IMG/VR virus record: IMGVR_UViG_3300035696_000002
DNA length: 64,000 nt
Strand: one strand, 5' to 3'
DNA from: a virus
Lineage: Duplodnaviria > Heunggongvirae > Uroviricota > Caudoviricetes
The translations under genes were made by a program, and so were the position numbers. The notes beneath the pieces were generated by a model. It was not told the origin of the DNA, did no database searches, and saw nothing but the letters and a program-made list of their open reading frames with translations. The first letter of the stretch is position 1. Every line of letters starts with the position of its first letter. Shown here one piece after another: positions 1 to 7,700 of the stretch.

Positions 1-614
1 GCGGTACCGTCCTTCTTGCGAATACCCCAGCCGCCACGCCAGTAAACCTCAATCGTGTCGTCCCAGCCGGATTCGCGGCGTTCACTCACGCTGGGCCAGC
101 ACTCATACTCCGCACCAGTCGAGTCCTTGTGCTTTTGCTTCGGCAGTTCCTTCAACGGATCGCCGGGCTTCATGCCCGCCCGCTTGAAGAATGCGTCCGC
201 CGCGTAACGGATGTCACCATCGCCATCACGAATCGCTTCCGCCTTCTTTTTGGCCCAACGATAGAAAGCGTCCATCTCAACCTTCATCTCCACGTCACGG
301 GACGCCTGTCGCGTCTTGTTGTCGCTCTCCTCGTAGTCGGGCCGCGAACCGCCAAGCTCGCTGTAATCGACCTTGAAGTCCGGGTCGCCCCAGATCATCT
401 CCGTGATCGACATTGGGCAGATGTTCACCTTGTGTCCCTTCGACGTGTACTTGCCGCCGATGACGGTGCCCTCGGCGTCACGCTCGAAGACCTGCAAGCG
501 GCCATCGTAATACGCTGGGGCCGAGTAAATGCACTCGATGTCGGCATTGTGTACGCACGCTTCGTCTTCAGGGTCTTGCTCCTGAAGAAGACGGATTAAC
601 TCTTTTACCTTCAT
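1..614 (-). CDS. Hypothetical phage protein, running off the left edge (MKVKELIRLLQEQDPEDEACVHN...)
   Basis: Translated by hand. ATG at 614-612 overlaps the upstream gene's TGA (ATGA coupling), SD GGAGG precedes it, and the frame is open to position 1. Absent from the ORF track because it is incomplete. Confidence 0.75.
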   Translation of the reverse strand, partial: MKVKELIRLLQEQDPEDEACVHNADIECIYSAPAYYDGRLQVFERDAEGTVIGGKYTSKGHKVNICPMSITEMIWGDPDFKVDYSELGGSRPDYEESDNKTRQASRDVEMKVEMDAFYRWAKKKAEAIRDGDGDIRYAADAFFKRAGMKPGDPLKELPKQKHKDSTGAEYECWPSVSERRESGWDDTIEVYWRGGWGIRKKDGT

Positions 615-943
615 ACAGTTTCCTCCTTCCACAAACGATAGTTAGATAGAACTTTTCGCTGCTCCTGCGAGAGCGGTACCGTGGCCACGGCGGACAGGCC
701 CATGTTGTCGTCAGGCTCATAGAACACTTGATGGCCGATGTCATTGGTTTGGAGTTTCTGAACGACACGGAAAAGTGCGTTCTTATCGGGCACGCCGATG
801 AGGACTAGATATGGTATTTCGTGGAAATCTTTAGGAAGGCGTCTGGCTACCTCAAAGGTAGCATGGTTGGACTGCACAATTTGCTGGGCCAGACTGATGT
901 CTTGCCGAACAAACACGTAAAAGTAGGGTTGAACCTAGAGCAT
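611..943 (-). CDS. Pth2-like peptidyl-tRNA hydrolase with an in-frame TAG at codon 3 (ORF track starts at GTG 916)
   Basis: Motifs YVFVRQD-x6-VQSNHA, LVLIGV and FYEPD-x3-GLSAVAT match the PTH2/PTRHD1-like family. SD GAGAGG lies 9 nt before ATG 943, which reads ATG CTC TAG GTT CAA CCC TAC TTT TAC GTG in frame. Confidence 0.75.
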
Positions 944-963
944 TGCTTTTTGCCTCTCTCAGT

Positions 964-992
964 ACAATACTGCAAAGTCAACAAATTTGCAA
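964..992 (-). promoter_or_regulatory. Sigma70-like promoter upstream of the Pth2-like gene
   Basis: TTGCAA-N17-TATTGT on the - strand, about 20 nt before the ATG. Confidence 0.55.
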
Positions 993-995
993 TTA

Positions 996-1241
996 TTATT
1001 TTTTGAAAATTCGATCCGGCCACGCATCGAGACCCCGGATCGCGATCTTTTCTTCCAATTCTTGGACTAGGTCGGCAACCTCCCGGTCGGTGCCACAAGC
1101 CTCTTTGACCAGCAGGAGGGCCGCATATTCCATGTTTTGCAGCTTCCGGTGCGAATTCAGATCGGTGACAGTCACGTTGTCAGTCGTATCGTGGATTCTC
1201 GTCAGAACTTCCAGAGCCCGGCGAATTATGTTCTCACCCAT
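996..1241 (-). CDS. Small hypothetical protein (likely start MGENIIRR)
   Basis: Part of ORF 996..1352. The internal ATG overlaps the end of the upstream gene. Confidence 0.55.
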   Translation of the reverse strand: MGENIIRRALEVLTRIHDTTDNVTVTDLNSHRKLQNMEYAALLLVKEACGTDREVADLVQELEEKIAIRGLDAWPDRIFKK

Positions 1242-1440
1242 GACGAACCTGCCAGTCCTCAATGTAGGGAACCAGTTCACACTCGTCCCCGTCAAACTCT
1301 TCCTCAACCAGCGTTTCGATATCGGAATCGAACGTGGCCATGTCAACGGCAACGACCTCAGGCAGATCGAACATGTCGTACCCGTTGTCTGTCGCGTTGT
1401 CTAACGCTTCATCGACCAACGCCTGAATGCCGTCGTCCAT
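1234..1440 (-). CDS. Small acidic hypothetical protein (likely start MDDGIQ)
   Basis: TAATG stop/start coupling at 1440; D/E-rich. Confidence 0.6.
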   Translation of the reverse strand: MDDGIQALVDEALDNATDNGYDMFDLPEVVAVDMATFDSDIETLVEEEFDGDECELVPYIEDWQVRHG

Positions 1441-1658
1441 TACGCCTTCGCCGCCGTTTCCTTTGGAGCAACCGGAACCTTCATCGTCGAGGTGCCCGGC
1501 GTCTTCTTCACCCACTCACGCTTCACCTTGGGTGCTTTGCGTGGCAGGTTGTGCATGTGGTTTGCTGCATAGCAATTCTTGCAGCTAAAATAGACATCGG
1601 CATTGTAATTGCCGTTGGAGCCGTGGCACAAACAACCGCAATTATGATTTCTCGCCAT
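1440..1658 (-). CDS. Small Cys/His-rich basic protein (likely start MARNHNCGCLCH)
   Basis: SD GAGG precedes the ATG; CxCxCH...CxxC...H pattern. Confidence 0.55.
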   Translation of the reverse strand: MARNHNCGCLCHGSNGNYNADVYFSCKNCYAANHMHNLPRKAPKVKREWVKKTPGTSTMKVPVAPKETAAKA

Positions 1659-1974
1659 CTTCGTTCCTCGTAAATTCACCTTTCAATTCTTTGTGGAAAA
1701 TGGTGCCCCACTGTTCCTGAGTGACCCAGCCATCTTCCCAGACTGGAGCATTTCGCCAACTGAGAGTGGATACGTCACCCTCCCAGTATACGCTGCCATC
1801 TTCATTGAGTGCCTTGATATGATCGCCAGTTTTGATCTGGTGCAATCCATCATACGACCAGCTTTCGTGCGGCCACTCTTCGGTCGGAGGTTTGATGAAT
1901 CGTTCGTCCTGAAAAGCGTAGAACGCACCAACACCCTGTTCGCACATCACATGAAAGATACCGCGAAGGGTCAT
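1642..1974 (-). CDS. Hypothetical protein
   Basis: 110-aa ORF coupled by ATGA to the upstream gene. Confidence 0.6.
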   Translation of the reverse strand: MTLRGIFHVMCEQGVGAFYAFQDERFIKPPTEEWPHESWSYDGLHQIKTGDHIKALNEDGSVYWEGDVSTLSWRNAPVWEDGWVTQEQWGTIFHKELKGEFTRNEDGEKS

Positions 1975-2282
1975 CCAAGTCCCCCAGCGATTCTACCACA
2001 GCCTTCGCATGGGTGCGAAATATGATGCAGGCAGCCGGGATGATCGCAGGGTTGACCGACGCGGTACACTTTCACTGGGATGACCTCAGGATAAATCACT
2101 TGCACGATGTCGGCAGGCACGATGTAGGTTCCTGTCATGTTTCGCCCGGTCGGGCATTGATGGGACATTCCCTCATACACAGGCCAGCCGCACTGCCAGC
2201 ACGGCCCAAGGGATTTCGGATTTCCTGTCGTTGAATCCATAATCAAAAAGCTCCAGCCGTGGAGTTCCATTCGTGTCACCAC
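1971..2282 (-). CDS. Small Cys-rich (Zn-ribbon-like) hypothetical protein; start uncertain (2282, 2270 or 2240)
   Basis: CxxCG, HxC and CxHPGCxxHxxHPCxxCG motifs. Confidence 0.55.
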   Translation of the reverse strand: MVTRMELHGWSFLIMDSTTGNPKSLGPCWQCGWPVYEGMSHQCPTGRNMTGTYIVPADIVQVIYPEVIPVKVYRVGQPCDHPGCLHHISHPCEGCGRIAGGLG

Positions 2283-2540
2283 GGCTCAGGGGATTTTCCG
2301 GCACTCTACCTCAACATTATTCCCGAAATCAAGGCGGGTCTATTCCTATTTCGACCCAATCGCACCGCTGTCCCCGCGTTTAGGAACGTCCGGGCAGCGA
2401 GGTCATTTCCTCTTCAGACAGTACTCGCGGTAGCTAAATCCGCTTTCCCTTATGAATCTCTGACACGCCCGGCTAAGTCAAGTCGCCCACGGGATTACTA
2501 TCGGAATCGAGAACGTCTGCTGCCCGTGGCCACTGGAGCC
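2283..2540 (-). ncRNA. Candidate structured RNA or long structured leader
   Basis: Gene-free gap on the - strand closed by GGCTCCAG/CTGAGCC, with internal helices CCACGGG/CCCGTGG, GCGG/CCGC, CGCTG/CAGCG and GGGTC/GACCC. A TATTAT -10-like box lies just upstream. Confidence 0.35.
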
Positions 2541-2544
2541 TGCT

Positions 2545-2994
2545 CTATAATACTTGAAATTCTACTTTCTCACCACCCTCATCGAAGTGCATACTGCCGT
2601 CGCGGTAAACGTCGAGGTTGGCTTTGATGAAGCGGGAGAGTTCTTCGAGTTCGTTGGCAGCCGGGGCTTCGACGATGCCCTCGGCCATGAGGTTGTTGAG
2701 TTCGCTGACTTGAATCTCGCGGTGATCCGGTTCCCAGCAATCGCCGTGATCGGTCTCGGCAGCCTGCCGGGAGATCGTGCCGCTGGCGTCCACGTAGGTG
2801 CCATCGTCGCGGGTGCAATACGCATGGACGAGGTTGGCCCCGTACTCGGTGGGCTCGTCGAATTCATTCCAATCCTGCGGCTGATCCTCAAGCTGGGCGT
2901 CCCACATGATGGTGATCCGGTAGTTGAGCGTGCGACCTAAGGCGAGAGCAAAAATCTGGCAGCGTCCGTGGATGTACTCTTCGATGGGATACAT
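2545..2994 (-). CDS. Putative transglutaminase/papain-like fold protein (likely start MYPIEEY)
   Basis: GRCQIFALAL...VHAYC...YVDASG gives Cys-His-Asp triad order. Confidence 0.5.
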   Translation of the reverse strand: MYPIEEYIHGRCQIFALALGRTLNYRITIMWDAQLEDQPQDWNEFDEPTEYGANLVHAYCTRDDGTYVDASGTISRQAAETDHGDCWEPDHREIQVSELNNLMAEGIVEAPAANELEELSRFIKANLDVYRDGSMHFDEGGEKVEFQVL

Positions 2995-2999
2995 GGGGT

Positions 3000-3101
3000 C
3001 TACTTTCTGAAATAAATGTTGCAGCGGTCGAGGAGGCACCAAACAATGAGCAGGGCCAGAATGCAAGCGTCAAGCACGTCACCGCGTGTCCAAGAACCCA
3101 T
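3000..3101 (-). CDS. 33-aa single-TM peptide MGSWTRGDVLDACILALLIVWCLLDRCNIYFRK
   Basis: SD AGGAG before the ATG, hydrophobic core, stop 5 nt before the next start. Below the ORF-track cutoff. Confidence 0.5.
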   Translation of the reverse strand: MGSWTRGDVLDACILALLIVWCLLDRCNIYFRK

Positions 3102-3126
3102 AAGGTCTCCTACCTATAAAAACGAT

Positions 3127-3150
3127 AAGGGGACTTTTCAGTCCCCTTTT
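3127..3150. terminator. Intrinsic terminator-like hairpin at the 3' end of the tmRNA gene
   Basis: AAGGGGACT-TTTC-AGTCCCCTT perfect inverted repeat. Confidence 0.7.
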
Positions 3151-3444
3151 CTGTTACTAGGCGTTCGTCAAACCCTCGCTGCTTAAACCGCGATTAAGCG
3201 GCAGCAGCCATTGCCAGTGCCTTAGGAGCAGTAGCATTTATTGGTTTTCGTTCCCATTAACGCTGGAACAGTTCCTCGGGTCGGTTGGCTCTATCCTCGC
3301 ATCATTCACCGTCGAAGCCGTGACGCCCCCGTATGGAGGTACCACCAAAATTTTATGGTGGAGGCGGCGGGAGTCGAACCCGCGTCCGCTGACGTGTCTG
3401 GTGCCTTTGCCCGTCTTGCGACGGGTTTTACGACCATGTAAACC
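3150..3444 (-). ncRNA. ssrA: Circularly permuted (two-piece) tmRNA
   Basis: On the - strand: acceptor piece ending GGACGCGGGTTCGACTCCCGCCGCCTCCACCA (CCA ends at 3356); 25-nt spacer (3355-3331); coding piece starting GGGGGCGTCACGGCTTCGAC at 3330; G3.U70 Ala determinant; ATAAAT then resume codon GCT and tag ATAPKALAMAAAA* (3235-3194). Outer ends are approximate. Confidence 0.92.
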
Positions 3445-3450
3445 TACTAC

Positions 3451-3479
3451 ATAATACCCAGAAAGTCGGCTAAAGTCAA
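3451..3479 (-). promoter_or_regulatory. Near-consensus sigma70 promoter of the tmRNA
   Basis: TTGACT-N17-TATTAT immediately before the acceptor piece. Confidence 0.8.
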
Positions 3480-4063
3480 GAAGCCTGACGGTCGCCGACC
3501 TGTTTTACCGGAACCGGGACGAACGACACATACGCTCCGTCGTGGAAGTACCCGTCATATCCCGCTCGATACACAGCGTTTTCTGCCCCGGTAGCCCCAC
3601 CTTCGAGGAATCCGGCCTGCCAGAGACCTTCGGGGTCTGCCGCGATATCATAGTAGGCCGAGGAATCGACATCAGCGGTGTAGTGGTACCGCTGCCCCTG
3701 AATCGCGGGCTCTTTGTAGGTGTCGTCCCCAAAGTGAGTACGGGGCAGGAATCCGGGATCATTCTTGCGGGCTTGTTCCCTGCCGGGCTTCCCAGTGCCC
3801 ATCTTTTCAGGATCGGTTTCAGTCATGCCGCCGATGTTCGACCAGTGATGAAGCGTGATCGGGCCGGAGCCTTGCTTCGACAGGCCTTCTTCTTTTTCCG
3901 CGATGTCCTCTTCAGTCGGTGTCTTGAACTGATCCGGCATTTCCTCTTCGTCTTCCGGGCCGATTTCAGCCGGAGGATTGCCTGCATAACGCAGATTGAT
4001 GAACTCTTCTCGCGTCATCGGGGACTTGTACTTTTTCATTACCGCCAGTAACGGATTTGCCAT
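3476..4063 (-). CDS. Two-domain protein with a C-terminal ADP-ribosyltransferase-like (ART-PolyVal-like) domain
   Basis: TLHHWS...DP..MGTG..GRE..R...RTHF...YTADV...YYD...AGYDGY...VSF resembles ART-fold domains of phage polyvalent proteins. Confidence 0.5.
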   Translation of the reverse strand: MANPLLAVMKKYKSPMTREEFINLRYAGNPPAEIGPEDEEEMPDQFKTPTEEDIAEKEEGLSKQGSGPITLHHWSNIGGMTETDPEKMGTGKPGREQARKNDPGFLPRTHFGDDTYKEPAIQGQRYHYTADVDSSAYYDIAADPEGLWQAGFLEGGATGAENAVYRAGYDGYFHDGAYVSFVPVPVKQVGDRQAS

Positions 4064-7053
4064 TATGCACCCTCAACGTTGAAACTTGTGTCGCCGCCCT
4101 CAGTACCGAGGCGTTCCCACTCCTCGTCAGGCATCCACTGCGGCTTCGCGAATCCACCGCTCTCATTTGCGATCATATCGCGGGCCTGATCGACAGTCAA
4201 TCGACCATCCTGCACGTCTTCCCATATTGTCTTGACGCGATCCTTCAACTCGTTTGTCTTCTTTTCGTCGCCCATCAGCGACTTGATTGCTTCCCAAGTC
4301 ACGGACTGCAACTGACGCGGCTTGACGCCCAGCTTCGCCGCCGCTCTCTGGTAGGCCTCAGCGTACAGCGGGTACGTGCCCTGCAACCCTGTTGCGGAGT
4401 TCTTGGGGGCACCGGGGGTACCAACAAGCGTGCCGCCGAAGTTGTGCGTCGCTTCCAAATCCTTCGCCCCGAACGGACTAAGCATCCCGGCTGCGACCGC
4501 GTGCGTGTCAATAGTCACGTGCCCGGCCTTGGAGTTCGGGTTGATGATGTTGTTGTAGAAGTTGCGAATCTTATGACCATGGCCCATGACCGCGTTGATA
4601 TTTTCGATATCGCCGTTGTCGAGAATCTTGACTGCTTTGGCCAAGTGGTCAAGACCAATCCAACTCCGCATGTCAGGCGATTCACCAGACACCGTCCCAT
4701 CGGGGGCGTAAGCCTCATTGATCGGCGAGTTGTAAGCCTCGTCGTAAAGTCTGATCCACAGTGCCCGCTTGGTTGCCTGCACATCTGGATTTGCGTCAAC
4801 GACCTGACCGAATGTTTTCCCGCGAATGTCACGGAGCATTGCCTTGAAAGCCCGCGACTGTGTCGGCACAGCGGCCAACTCCTTCACCTTGACATCCATC
4901 TCTGGCGTCCATGGTGAGTTCTGGTGATTCTTGTAAATGTCCAACATCCGCTTCGTCAAACCAATATTGTTGTCCCACGGATTCTGCGGTGACAGGGCGG
5001 CGGTGACGCCAGCAACCTGCTCGGGCGTGAAACCGTACTGCTGGGCAAACTGATTCGTCAGGCGGTGAGCCGAGTCGTACCACTTCTTCGTCTTTTCGCG
5101 AAGCTGTTCAGGAACTTGGTTGTACAGCCAGATGAGGTTGTCCCTGACGTGATTGATGAACTTGTTGAGTACCTTGTCGGGGTCTTTCATTTCGGCAGCC
5201 GTGTATTTCACGCCTGAATAGCGGATGACCGTAGCCGCGAGCTTGTCCTTGTAACCGGGTACGGGCTTGCCCTGCTGAGTTTTGCGACGTGGGCGATCCT
5301 TGTCAGCTTGTTCGATAGCAGCCCAGTTCGAATACTGTCCGGGCTTGTTGGACAATTCCGCACCAACAGATTTCGGACGGCGAGTAGCGATTTCCTTAGC
5401 ACTGAAGTCGCCGATCTCTTCCTCTTTCACATCTGCGGGGGCTGGGGCGGCAGGCTGTTTCTTAGTCTGTGGCGGAGCCTCTTCAACCGCAACTTCTTCC
5501 GGCTCTGGGGCAGGCGGGGCGGCAGGCTGTTGTGGTGCTGGAACCGTCGCTTCCTGATCTCGCTCAATCACTGCCGGATCAAAGTCCGTATCACCCTCAT
5601 CATACTTTGATTCATCATACAGATCAGATTCTTCCGGCGTCAGGTCTTTGTGAGCAGGCCCGCGATCCTGTGCTCGTGCGTCGTCATACGCTTCCATCTC
5701 TTCCTGATCGGGCTCTTCATAAACCGCGACGCCGCCTTCTTCAAGATCATCGTCCGAGGTCGCCAGCTTGCCGACGTTGCCCGCACGGAGGAGGGCGACT
5801 TCACGAGCGAGAGCATTCTTCCGCTTGACCGGGTCTTTCCACTCGCCGAGGTATGCGTCGTCATTCAAGTAAGCTTCAGCGGCGTTTGCAGCGATCTCAC
5901 GCAATTCCTTCGGCAACGTATCAGCCCCGTGCGTGGCAAGAAACACAACCACACCCAGAGCGTGCTTAGTGTCGTCGCCGACGTTACCCTGAAACATGCG
6001 TTCAAGTTGAGCGTACAAAGTCGGGAGGTGCCCCGGATCAACAGGTTGATCGAATCCTTTGGACTTCTGCCCGCCCGGATCATTCAGCTTCAGACGGTAC
6101 TCGTCGAGGATGTCATGCACCTGATCGCTGTCGTAGGAACGCTCGCCCCACTGACCCGCTTTCTTCTCCGCATTCATTTTGGAGATGGGCACACGGGATG
6201 TGTCAGGAATGGTTGGATCGACTTGCTTCTGCCAGCCGCCCCACAACCCCTTACCGGAGGCGATCTGCGGAGCAAACTTCTCCGCGATCAGTTGCGTGGC
6301 AACTTCTTTTTCTTCTGCTGTGGGGAAGGAAAAGTAGGAGGCGTTGATGTCGTAATCCGTCGCTACTTCGAAATCTTTTATACCCGCTTCGGCCAAGGCC
6401 ATGGCTACTGCATGTGAGCTTTCGGACGGGACACCGAAAGCTACACTAGGGCGGTGGGAGCCGCCGTACTTTTTTCTGATGCCGACCTTTTCCACGGAAC
6501 CAATTCGATTCAGCGGCACGCTGCCGGGAACAGGCGAGGTACCGGGAGTGACTTCAATCGCCGGATTGTAGGCGTCGTGATTTACGAGGCTCTGCTTCAC
6601 CATCTCGATTGAGAAACCCGGCTCGGTGTAAACGCGGTTGATCCATTTGCCGTTGAGATAAACATCCCATGGTGTGCTGGCGGAGGAGTACTGCCGTGTC
6701 TGCTGTTGAACCTGTGGCTGTTGCGGACGCTGCCCGGTAGGCTGAGCACCCGGTGCCCCCGGCTGCGGCTTCTTGGGCATCATGATGCGGGACTGCCAGC
6801 CTTGATCCTGCTGCTTGGGCGGGCACGTAACGTGGTTCTCGACGCCGCCTTCCCAGTTGACCATCTGCCCCTCGCCAATCGGCTGCCCGCATTTCGAGCA
6901 GGCCGGGTTGCCGTACTGGCTCATGTTGAGCGGTGCCCCGGCTGCCTCTTTGGCCTCCTCGGGGAACTTTTCCTTCGACTCCTGTTGCCAGTTGTCGGTG
7001 GGACGGTTTTGATTGAAATCGAACGCGGTTTTGGGCTTAAAGAGGGGGTTCAT
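4063..7053 (-). CDS. Multidomain (polyvalent-type) protein: small domains, DUF4259-like domain, acidic/Pro linker, C-terminal HhH-glycosylase-like domain
   Basis: Start MNPLF at 7053 has SD GAGG. GQWGERSYDSD...WKDPVKRKNAL is DUF4259-like. WYD...AALSPQNPWDNN...KIRNF...VTIDTHA...LGVKPRQLQSVTW matches a phage family with HhH-GPD-like features. Confidence 0.6.
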   Translation of the reverse strand: MNPLFKPKTAFDFNQNRPTDNWQQESKEKFPEEAKEAAGAPLNMSQYGNPACSKCGQPIGEGQMVNWEGGVENHVTCPPKQQDQGWQSRIMMPKKPQPGAPGAQPTGQRPQQPQVQQQTRQYSSASTPWDVYLNGKWINRVYTEPGFSIEMVKQSLVNHDAYNPAIEVTPGTSPVPGSVPLNRIGSVEKVGIRKKYGGSHRPSVAFGVPSESSHAVAMALAEAGIKDFEVATDYDINASYFSFPTAEEKEVATQLIAEKFAPQIASGKGLWGGWQKQVDPTIPDTSRVPISKMNAEKKAGQWGERSYDSDQVHDILDEYRLKLNDPGGQKSKGFDQPVDPGHLPTLYAQLERMFQGNVGDDTKHALGVVVFLATHGADTLPKELREIAANAAEAYLNDDAYLGEWKDPVKRKNALAREVALLRAGNVGKLATSDDDLEEGGVAVYEEPDQEEMEAYDDARAQDRGPAHKDLTPEESDLYDESKYDEGDTDFDPAVIERDQEATVPAPQQPAAPPAPEPEEVAVEEAPPQTKKQPAAPAPADVKEEEIGDFSAKEIATRRPKSVGAELSNKPGQYSNWAAIEQADKDRPRRKTQQGKPVPGYKDKLAATVIRYSGVKYTAAEMKDPDKVLNKFINHVRDNLIWLYNQVPEQLREKTKKWYDSAHRLTNQFAQQYGFTPEQVAGVTAALSPQNPWDNNIGLTKRMLDIYKNHQNSPWTPEMDVKVKELAAVPTQSRAFKAMLRDIRGKTFGQVVDANPDVQATKRALWIRLYDEAYNSPINEAYAPDGTVSGESPDMRSWIGLDHLAKAVKILDNGDIENINAVMGHGHKIRNFYNNIINPNSKAGHVTIDTHAVAAGMLSPFGAKDLEATHNFGGTLVGTPGAPKNSATGLQGTYPLYAEAYQRAAAKLGVKPRQLQSVTWEAIKSLMGDEKKTNELKDRVKTIWEDVQDGRLTVDQARDMIANESGGFAKPQWMPDEEWERLGTEGGDTSFNVEGA

Positions 7054-7088
7054 TTTGATCCTCAATAAGTAGCTGAAAAGTTGAGGTT

Positions 7089-7700
7089 TTAGGGCTTTGG
7101 GCAATTGCCCGGATTTGAGGAGCCGCCCGTGCCGCCCGCAGGCCCGGCACTGCCGGGGCCGTTGCTACCGGAACCGGGGTTGTTCGTAGAGCTTTGAAAT
7201 CCCTTGTAGTTCGGGCCGTCGCGGATCACCACGGGAGCCCAGTCTTGGAAGATCGGGAACCCAAGGAAGAAATTCCCAGCGAACTCAACCCAGTACCCAC
7301 GGAAAGGTTCAAAGCCAGCACTCAACAGGGTGACCTTACCTTCCGAAATAGGACGATGCGTGATATTGGGCGAGGTCGGCCCGGTCATCTGCAACGGCTG
7401 ATAGGTCGGCGGCGGTGGGAGCGGAAGCTCTCCCCACTTCAGGTTCTTGTTCTTGAACTCATTCATGAACAGCACGAAGGCTGTCTGTGGGTCAAGCTGA
7501 CTGATGTCGTGATTCATCAGGTACAGCGTGTTGCCGAACAACACCGTGGTCTGCACTTTGGCGAGGATTTGCCTCACGGAGAGGATTGCACGCCAGCCAG
7601 AACGCCACGTTGAGCCGTAGGGATTCGGTGGGAGCGGCTGCCCCTTCAGGATGTCCACGGCCAAGATGTTGTTCGATACGTTTGAGGTGGTGTTTCCCAT
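7089..7700 (-). CDS. Hypothetical virion-module protein (likely start MGNTTSN)
   Basis: TAATG coupling at 7700; G/S/N/P-rich C-terminus. Confidence 0.6.
   Translation of the reverse strand: MGNTTSNVSNNILAVDILKGQPLPPNPYGSTWRSGWRAILSVRQILAKVQTTVLFGNTLYLMNHDISQLDPQTAFVLFMNEFKNKNLKWGELPLPPPPTYQPLQMTGPTSPNITHRPISEGKVTLLSAGFEPFRGYWVEFAGNFFLGFPIFQDWAPVVIRDGPNYKGFQSSTNNPGSGSNGPGSAGPAGGTGGSSNPGNCPKP

Noticed and set aside
2410-2455. Cobalamin riboswitch-like TAAGGGAA-hairpin-ACTGT on the - strand
   Set aside because: It lacks the CCCG P5 element and B12 box, and is not next to nrdJ. Kept only as an unidentified structure.
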